A DNA stretch of 22,468 nt, taken from Candidatus Hadarchaeota archaeon (lineage in GTDB: Archaea > CAYQAE01 > CAYVLA01). The stretch covers positions 1-22,468 of the forward strand of contig CAYVLA010000049.1 in the NCBI GenBank assembly GCA_964452145.1, read 5' to 3'. Below the pieces are notes generated by a model, which had not been told where the DNA came from, searched no databases, and saw nothing but the letters and a program-made list of their open reading frames with translations. Shown here in pieces: positions 16,272 to 22,468 of this stretch. Both the position numbers and the translations under genes were made by a program. Position 1 is the stretch's first letter, and the number at the start of each line of letters is the position of its first letter.

Positions 16272-18428
16272 TCAGGCATTGTCCACGCCCCTCAGACCCA
16301 TCATCGCCTTTGCGGCATCCAAAATGCTCTGGCCCGCCTTGGAATCAAGCAGGGTGGCTCCGGCTTCGTATCCTCCCTCCTGCGCAGCCTGCGGTGTGAC
16401 CACGTAGCCGATGATGTCGTTGCAGTAGCCGATCAAGAAGGTCTTGCCCGGGCCGATCTCCTTCTTCAATGTCAGGGCGTACTCGACGAAGAGCTCCGCC
16501 GGAACCCCGACGAGAACCCTGTCGTTGATCCCAAGAACCTGAAGATGGCTGGTCACGCTGTCGCCTAGGAAGGCGCGGATGTAGTCTGCCTTCTCGGCGA
16601 GGGAAGCGGTGCCAGTTGCCTTGGCGATCTTCTTCCTGAGTTCCCGGGCCTCCGTTGGTGTCCTCGCCTCCCTGGACATCAGTTCGCGCAGTTCCGCTTT
16701 GGCCTCACTGGCGTTCGGCAGGTCCCTGAGGGCAAGAGGCAGACTGGCACAGGAGGCTGCGATTCTGACCTCCTCGCTTGTCTCCGCCGCGCCCAGCGCC
16801 CGGAGGGCGTGGCCGGCCAGTAGGCTCCCGGTCCTCTCAACCTCCGAGAACCGCGGGCCGCTTCTCCTGATCGTCACGTTGCCGCAGGCCCCGTTGGCAA
16901 ACAGGTAGGATGCCTCCGGGCCGAAGGCCCCCTCAAGGATCGACATGGCATGCCCGGGGTACTCGGACGAGAAGAGCAGGTTGCGGGAATCCATTATGAC
17001 CGGGTGGGCGGTGAAGTTCACCAATCCCCCGATCGCCTTGCCTTCCCGGTCCTCGACTTTGAGCACGAGAAGCTCATCATCGATCGGCCCTGCCTCCCTC
17101 TGCCTATTGCTGGTCATCTCCGGGACCGCCACGGACGCAAAGCCGAGCCTGGCCTCCTTGGCCCCGCTCAACGCCAGCACGACCGAGCAACACATCCTGT
17201 CCACGAGGAACTTCCGCAGGAGAGGATTCGGCAGAAACCCCATCAGAGGCGCTAGCCTGTGATGGCCCTCCGGGCCGCTATGGGTGTGGGTTGCGAAGAC
17301 CATTATGCACTCCGGCTCCAGACCAGTCAGGCGTGATGCCTCCCTGCGGACCTCCTCGACCATGCTCGCGTCAACGTAGAGCAGGTCGACCGATACCATG
17401 ACGATTGTCTTCCGGCCATCGCTGAGCGACAGAGCACGGGCATGCAGATGGTCGTGAACGCCCTCGGACAAGTCTTGCCGGTCGAAGTAGCCTCCCATCT
17501 GGGTCGGGTAAGGCGGGGTGATTCGGACTCTCGCGCTGCCCGCCTTCAGTCTGCCCACCCCGCGGCGGCGCATGCCCCGCTGCCTTTCCCTTAACTCGCG
17601 AAAGCTGATTGGCTGGATGCCCCGCTGCCTCAATTCCGAGGCCACCGCCGGATCCACAAGCAGATCCTTCTCGGCCTGCCTCCGATCCCCCGCTGTCAAC
17701 GCCTTGGTCTCCTCGTCAGCGATGGCCGGGTGAAGGATGAACTCGGTTACGCCTGGTTTCATACCATCCAGGAACCGAACGAAGACACGTTTCTTGTCCG
17801 CGGCCCGGACCCCGTAGAAGGTGTGGTTAAGGTAATCGGTGGTGAGGATTCCGTCCTGCCTGAGCCAGTCCAGACAGGCCGGGTTAGGCCACCTGACCGG
17901 AAGGTCCCGTTGCCTTGCCTTCCTGATGACGATCCTGAGTATCTCGGGGAAGTAGTTGTGAAGGCCCTCGTTGCTGTCGAGGTGGGTGAGATCCAGCCCC
18001 CACTCCTCGGCCTGCTCCACCTGGCGTGCGATCTCGCGCTCGGCCTCGCCAAGATCAATCTTGCCGGCCAGCATTTTCTGCCTGAACTCGCCGGAGGAGA
18101 AGAAGATGCCCTCCTCATCCGTCAGGGTCGCCACATCCTCTCCCAGAAGCGGCCTGCCAATCCTTCCCTGGCAGGTGAGATCGATGTGAACCCCCACGTT
18201 TAGGCCCTTATCAACGGCTATCTCGGCCGCTCGCCGGGAATCCGGCATGGTCAAGATCATGCTCACATCCGTGACCAGACCCTCTTCGTAGGCGGCTAGG
18301 ATGCCGTCCGTGATCCCCCTGCTCATTCCCATATCGTCGGCATTGAGGATCAGGAACCTGGCTCCCCTCTTCACCGCCGACTCCAGCCCGGTGTGATCGA
18401 AGGTCTTCGCAATATCCAACTCCACCAC
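16272..18428 (-). CDS. Fusion: YdjC/ChbG carbohydrate deacetylase domain + neutral/alkaline ceramidase-like amidohydrolase domain
   Basis: N-part LILNADDMG, GVHIDL, THLDS, TEFILHP; C-part ITPP...MGGY, GVHDHLHARAL, ATHTHSGP, NFTAHP, NGACGNV, PAELF, GYCN, GGYE. Confidence 0.85.
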   Translation of the reverse strand: MVELDIAKTFDHTGLESAVKRGARFLILNADDMGMSRGITDGILAAYEEGLVTDVSMILTMPDSRRAAEIAVDKGLNVGVHIDLTCQGRIGRPLLGEDVATLTDEEGIFFSSGEFRQKMLAGKIDLGEAEREIARQVEQAEEWGLDLTHLDSNEGLHNYFPEILRIVIRKARQRDLPVRWPNPACLDWLRQDGILTTDYLNHTFYGVRAADKKRVFVRFLDGMKPGVTEFILHPAIADEETKALTAGDRRQAEKDLLVDPAVASELRQRGIQPISFRELRERQRGMRRRGVGRLKAGSARVRITPPYPTQMGGYFDRQDLSEGVHDHLHARALSLSDGRKTIVMVSVDLLYVDASMVEEVRREASRLTGLEPECIMVFATHTHSGPEGHHRLAPLMGFLPNPLLRKFLVDRMCCSVVLALSGAKEARLGFASVAVPEMTSNRQREAGPIDDELLVLKVEDREGKAIGGLVNFTAHPVIMDSRNLLFSSEYPGHAMSILEGAFGPEASYLFANGACGNVTIRRSGPRFSEVERTGSLLAGHALRALGAAETSEEVRIAASCASLPLALRDLPNASEAKAELRELMSREARTPTEARELRKKIAKATGTASLAEKADYIRAFLGDSVTSHLQVLGINDRVLVGVPAELFVEYALTLKKEIGPGKTFLIGYCNDIIGYVVTPQAAQEGGYEAGATLLDSKAGQSILDAAKAMMGLRGVDNA

Positions 18429-18453
18429 CCCCGCCGGTACGCAGCCCTACCCT

Positions 18454-19437
18454 TTAATCGGTTACGCCTCCCTCCCCTATGGAGAAGACGGTCTCCCCCT
18501 CGGGCAGGTAGGGGCTGTCAACAAGCCTGGCTATCCTCTTGTTGCCCTTGGCCTTCCTTAGAAACACGCGATGGGTGCACTGGTGGGCTATGATGTTTCC
18601 CCCCACGGGGGCAACCTGATCGCCCAGCAGTATATCGACCTTGGCCAGAACCTGGTTGGTGACCAGAACGGCCAGGTTGTAGAGATCGGCCAGCTTCTGC
18701 AGCTCGTGCACGTGCCTGTTCAGCTTCTGTTGTCTCTCCACCAGTAGGGCCCTCCCCGTGTACTCGGATCTGAAGTAGCTCGTGAGCGAGTCGACCACCA
18801 GCAACCTGACGTTCCAGTCCTGGGCCATGCTCCCCACCTCCCTGACCAGCTCCATCTGATGGTCCGAGTTTGTCGCCCGACCGACTCTTATGTTCGTGAG
18901 TATCGCCGAAGCATCCTTGCCGAGGAACTCGGCGATCTGGATGATCCTCTCCGGCCGGAAGGTGTGCTCGGTGTCGATGTAGACAACCCGTCCCCCCACT
19001 CCGCCCTCCTCATGGCGAAACTGAACGGTCACCGCAGCCTGGTGCGCTATCTGGGTCTTGCCGCTGGCAAACTCGCCGTAGAACTCGGTTATGGCCTGTG
19101 TCTCGATGCCCCCGCCGAGAAGCTCGTCCAGCCGCTTGCTTCCCGTAGAGATCTTCCCCACCTCGTCCCGCTTCCTCAGGATCACGTCCGCCGTTTCGAA
19201 TCCCATCTTCATGGCGGATCGGGCTGCCCTGACCATGGATGCGGCGGTCTCCTCCGCCATTCCGATCTCGGCCGACAGGATGATGGGGGAGACGACTGCA
19301 AGGCTTGCCAGAGAGTGGTAACCTGCGTCGCGAAGCTTCTTGGCCGTTGCCGGCCCCATCAAGGGCAGGTCCTCCAACTCCTTGATCTCCCGACCCTCCG
19401 CCGAGTCTCCCTGACCCACCGCAGCGGGCTCTTCCAT
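18454..19437 (-). CDS. radA: DNA repair and recombination protein RadA
   Basis: N-terminal HhH, GFETA polymerisation motif, GEFASGKT Walker [28 protein letters not shown]. Confidence 0.97.
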   Translation of the reverse strand: MEEPAAVGQGDSAEGREIKELEDLPLMGPATAKKLRDAGYHSLASLAVVSPIILSAEIGMAEETAASMVRAARSAMKMGFETADVILRKRDEVGKISTGSKRLDELLGGGIETQAITEFYGEFASGKTQIAHQAAVTVQFRHEEGGVGGRVVYIDTEHTFRPERIIQIAEFLGKDASAILTNIRVGRATNSDHQMELVREVGSMAQDWNVRLLVVDSLTSYFRSEYTGRALLVERQQKLNRHVHELQKLADLYNLAVLVTNQVLAKVDILLGDQVAPVGGNIIAHQCTHRVFLRKAKGNKRIARLVDSPYLPEGETVFSIGEGGVTD

Positions 19438-21284
19438 CAGCTCACTTCCGAGATCTCATCGATCATGCTGGCTATCTCGCTCCTGGCGTCGGGTGTCCTG
19501 ATCTCCCTCACTCTGAGGCAGCCGTCCAAGACTACGCCGACCAACACAACGTCCGCTCCCTTACGTAACCTGGTCCTCAACTCATCCACGGTCTTGCCTT
19601 CGGGCTCGTCGAAAAGGACGCCGCATCGCGGGCCGAACGCCTCCATAGTCATCTGTCCCGATCCGTCATCGATCACGCAGAAGCATACAAGGCCTTCCCG
19701 GCCGAATGAGCTTGTGTGACGGAGAACGGTTGCCGCCATCGGGGCGGCCCTGATCCGTACCAGCAGGCCCTGCTGGGCCTCGGCGATCGTCAGATTCTTG
19801 GGTTCGTCATCGCCCAGGACTGCGACCCTCCGCTCCAGCACCTCCAACGAACTCTCGGGAAGCACCTGTATCTCGCCGAGGTCGTTGACCTTGGCATTCC
19901 TAACCCTCAGCCCGATTCCGGGCTCAAGGCCCTGCACGGGATCGACGTGGCCATCCCAGAAGACCGCCGTGGCCCTGCCCGAGGCATCCCCGACCACGGC
20001 TGAAACCAGCTTAGCATCATCGAACTCCTCTGGAAGTCCGACCTCGACCACGCCGAGCTCAAGGTCCAGGTTGTCCATTCCGGGGACAAGATCGCACACC
20101 ACGGGCTTGAACTCCTCAACCTCGGCCACAACCCGACCCCGCCACCCGACATGGATCTCCATCTCCTGGTTAAGGCCCAACTTGGTATAGGCGTTCTCTA
20201 CCCTGACTCGCGACCCCTCTGCAAGGCTGGAGGCAAGATCGGCCGCGTCGCCCCACAGCACCAGTCTGGCCTGGCCGGTCCCATCGCTGATGATCAGATT
20301 TGCCACCTTGCCCTCCTGGCCGTTCAGCCGTGTGAAGGACCTCTTTCCTAGGATCCTTTCTATCCTACCGCTCAGATCTACGCTCTGCATGCCCTCCACC
20401 AGGCCAGCGACGGAGGATGTCATCCGCTCGATCCCGGGAAGCTCCCTCCCGGACTCCCCGCAGACCGTCAAGGAGGAAGACGCCGAACAGTGGATCTCAG
20501 GAACTCCGTTGAGCCCGGCCCTGCTGTACGCACCGGCAACTCGCAAACGGTCCCCCTTCTGGATGCCTTCGAGGACCAACGTCTTCTCATTCCACACCGA
20601 CAGCCTTATCTCGCCTGTTTCGTCCCTGAGGAACAGGGTGCCCACTTTTCCGCTTGTACCGTCCGCCCGGCTGAAGGTCCTGACGTTTGAGACCGCCGAG
20701 ACCACGGCCTCAAGTGAGAGGTCCCGCATCCCGTCCTTGACATCTTTCACCTTGACCTTGTTCTCCACTATCTCGGGGATTGCATCCGAGATCGCCGGAT
20801 TGACAAGGAGCCTGCCTCGGCGGCCGACGTGAAGCTCGACCTCCCCGGACAGACCGGTTCTCGCATACCCCGACCTGATCTCCACGATGTCCCCCCTCTT
20901 TATCGCATCTTTCTCGATGGGTTCCGCCTTCTCGCCCCAGAGGACGACGCGAACACTTCCGGTCTCGTCCATTATGAGCATGTTCGAGACCTTCCCTGAG
21001 CCGGTATCGCGGTTGAAGCTCCTCACACCATAGATATTGACGACTCTTCCCGCCACGTCCACGTTCTGCATCCCGGGGACGAGGTTCTTTACCTTGAACG
21101 CAAGCTGGGGAGCCTCGAAGCTCGCCCCCATCTCCCTTGCCAGCAGCTTGGCCGCGCCGACCTCGCTGAGGAGGCCGAAGTGCTCCTTCACCTTGCTATC
21201 GATCCTGGATCTGAAGTCCTCCAGGCTTATTGCATCCTTGATCTTGCCGTGTATCTCCCTGATCGCCTGGAGGTCCTCCGTCAT
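19437..21284 (-). CDS. rpa: Replication protein A (multi-OB-fold ssDNA-binding protein)
   Basis: Repeated OB folds with D-x-(T/S)G motifs ([50 protein letters not shown]); stop overlaps radA start. Confidence 0.92.
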   Translation of the reverse strand: MTEDLQAIREIHGKIKDAISLEDFRSRIDSKVKEHFGLLSEVGAAKLLAREMGASFEAPQLAFKVKNLVPGMQNVDVAGRVVNIYGVRSFNRDTGSGKVSNMLIMDETGSVRVVLWGEKAEPIEKDAIKRGDIVEIRSGYARTGLSGEVELHVGRRGRLLVNPAISDAIPEIVENKVKVKDVKDGMRDLSLEAVVSAVSNVRTFSRADGTSGKVGTLFLRDETGEIRLSVWNEKTLVLEGIQKGDRLRVAGAYSRAGLNGVPEIHCSASSSLTVCGESGRELPGIERMTSSVAGLVEGMQSVDLSGRIERILGKRSFTRLNGQEGKVANLIISDGTGQARLVLWGDAADLASSLAEGSRVRVENAYTKLGLNQEMEIHVGWRGRVVAEVEEFKPVVCDLVPGMDNLDLELGVVEVGLPEEFDDAKLVSAVVGDASGRATAVFWDGHVDPVQGLEPGIGLRVRNAKVNDLGEIQVLPESSLEVLERRVAVLGDDEPKNLTIAEAQQGLLVRIRAAPMAATVLRHTSSFGREGLVCFCVIDDGSGQMTMEAFGPRCGVLFDEPEGKTVDELRTRLRKGADVVLVGVVLDGCLRVREIRTPDARSEIASMIDEISEVS

Positions 21285-21332
21285 CTTCTATCCCCGCGCT
21301 GCCTGCCCCGGTCCCCGATGGGCGTGGGCGGG

Positions 21333-21340
21333 CTTATATA
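21333..21340 (-). promoter_or_regulatory. TATA box for rpa-radA operon
   Basis: TATATAAG on minus strand ~50 nt upstream of the rpa ATG. Confidence 0.55.
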
Positions 21341-21399
21341 GGTTACATGCTCCCTCCTGCATAGGGATCCCAGCCCGACAAAAAGGGGAAGACAGGCCC

Positions 21400-21711
21400 T
21401 TATTTGATGAACGCCAAGTCTGCGGCGCAGGTGGGGCACTTGCCGCCGTACGAGCCGAAACATATCTTGCACAGCGTTTTGCTGCATTTAGGGCATTTGA
21501 AGTAGCCCCGCTTCATGGCGGTCGTGCCGCAGACCGCACAGGAAAGGGTTTCCTCCTTGAAATGCTCTAGTTCGATCTTACAGTCGGGGCACTTGAGCCC
21601 GGCTTTCTCGGCGCACTTCTGGTCGAGCATCTTGCGGCAGTAGGGACATCTGTAGTACCCGACCTGTGGTAAGGGTGATTCACACACGGCGCACACGGAT
21701 CTCTCGGGCAA
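21400..21711 (-). CDS. Small protein made of two tandem C4C4 (RING-like) zinc fingers
   Basis: Two repeats of C-x2-C-x11-C-x2-C-x4-(C/D)-x2-C-x7-CPxC; GGTG upstream of TTG start. Confidence 0.8.
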   Translation of the reverse strand: MPERSVCAVCESPLPQVGYYRCPYCRKMLDQKCAEKAGLKCPDCKIELEHFKEETLSCAVCGTTAMKRGYFKCPKCSKTLCKICFGSYGGKCPTCAADLAFIK

Positions 21712-22086
21712 CGGCTACACCTTGGGTCCTGGGGGGGCTTCTTGGCGGTCCCTGACAATGGCTTAATAATCTATCGTGATCCAATTCGCGGTTCGAGCCA
21801 TGAGCGGTGCCACGGCCTGATCTTGTCTCCGACGTTCGTGGGGCAAACCAGATCCCGACTATGTCTCCGCAATTCGAAGGTCAAGGCCAATTCCTACCCG
21901 TGTCCAAGGGGATAGGAAGATGGCGGAGATGCTGTCAGACTTCCTGGCCCGTGCTGCTGGGTCGCCCGCGGGTGGGCTTGGCCCTTGATAGGGGAAGTGC
22001 TGCAGGAAGCCGCAGCCCGGAGAATCGACTAGGGGCTGGGGCTTGGGGAAAACCTCTTTATCGGAGGCCTCCGACCCGGCAGAAGA

Positions 22087-22468
22087 ATGAGCAGAAGAAG
22101 CGCGTTTCGGGTCATCCCGGCCGTCGATCTGAAGGAGGGCAAGTGCGTCACCCTCGTCGGCGGTGATCCCGGCAAACGCATCGTCGAGCTTGACGATCCC
22201 CTGGCAGCGGCCCGAACATGGGAAACTCATGGTGCAAGCATTCTTCACCTCATAGATCTCGACGGCGCCATAGGTGGAAAGCCTGCAAACCTGGACATAG
22301 CCAAGAAGATAGTTCGGTGCGTTGACATTCCTGTCCAGTTCGGCGGAGGGCTTAGAAGCGATCAGGCAGCCGCAGAGCTTCTAGATCTGGGAGTCCATCG
22401 GATCATACTCGGCACGCTCGCCTTCACACAGCCCTCGGCTGTCTCTAACATCTCGTCACAGTATGGAT
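22087..22468 (+). CDS. hisA: ProFAR isomerase HisA (partial, runs off right edge)
   Basis: Not in ORF track. Manual translation MSRRSAFRVIPAVDLKEGKCV...LHLIDLDGA...PVQFGGGLRS...IILGT. Confidence 0.93.
   Translation, partial: MSRRSAFRVIPAVDLKEGKCVTLVGGDPGKRIVELDDPLAAARTWETHGASILHLIDLDGAIGGKPANLDIAKKIVRCVDIPVQFGGGLRSDQAAAELLDLGVHRIILGTLAFTQPSAVSNISSQYG

Overview
Archaeal chromosomal window (TATA/BRE promoters, GGTG/GGAGG RBSs, archaeal IleRS, RadA, multi-OB RPA, BHB-type tRNA introns; a TACK-type lineage such as Bathyarchaeia is plausible but is inference). Right part (8.3-22.5 kb) is mostly core: secreted GAT-like/CARDB protein, ileS, cytidylate kinase, gatA, small membrane protein, a YdjC/ChbG-neutral ceramidase fusion, radA, rpa, a tandem C4C4 zinc-finger protein and partial hisA. 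At 8162-8302 (-) is a tRNA-Ser(GCU) split by three BHB introns (15/16, 29/30, 37/38). Downstream of its 3' end lies a decaying accessory island: intact vapBC, abiEi with truncated abiEii, a membrane-anchored Dcd/dUTPase-fold protein lacking the deaminase Glu, hicB with truncated hicA, a 45-bp relic of a second abiE locus, a DUF5678-like gene with a truncated aspartyl protease partner, a surface protein with 12 CxxC motifs plus a FecR domain, fused gene debris, a non-pyrrolysine MttB-family methyltransferase and a partial secreted GAT-like gene. All family calls come from motif recognition by eye, not database searches.
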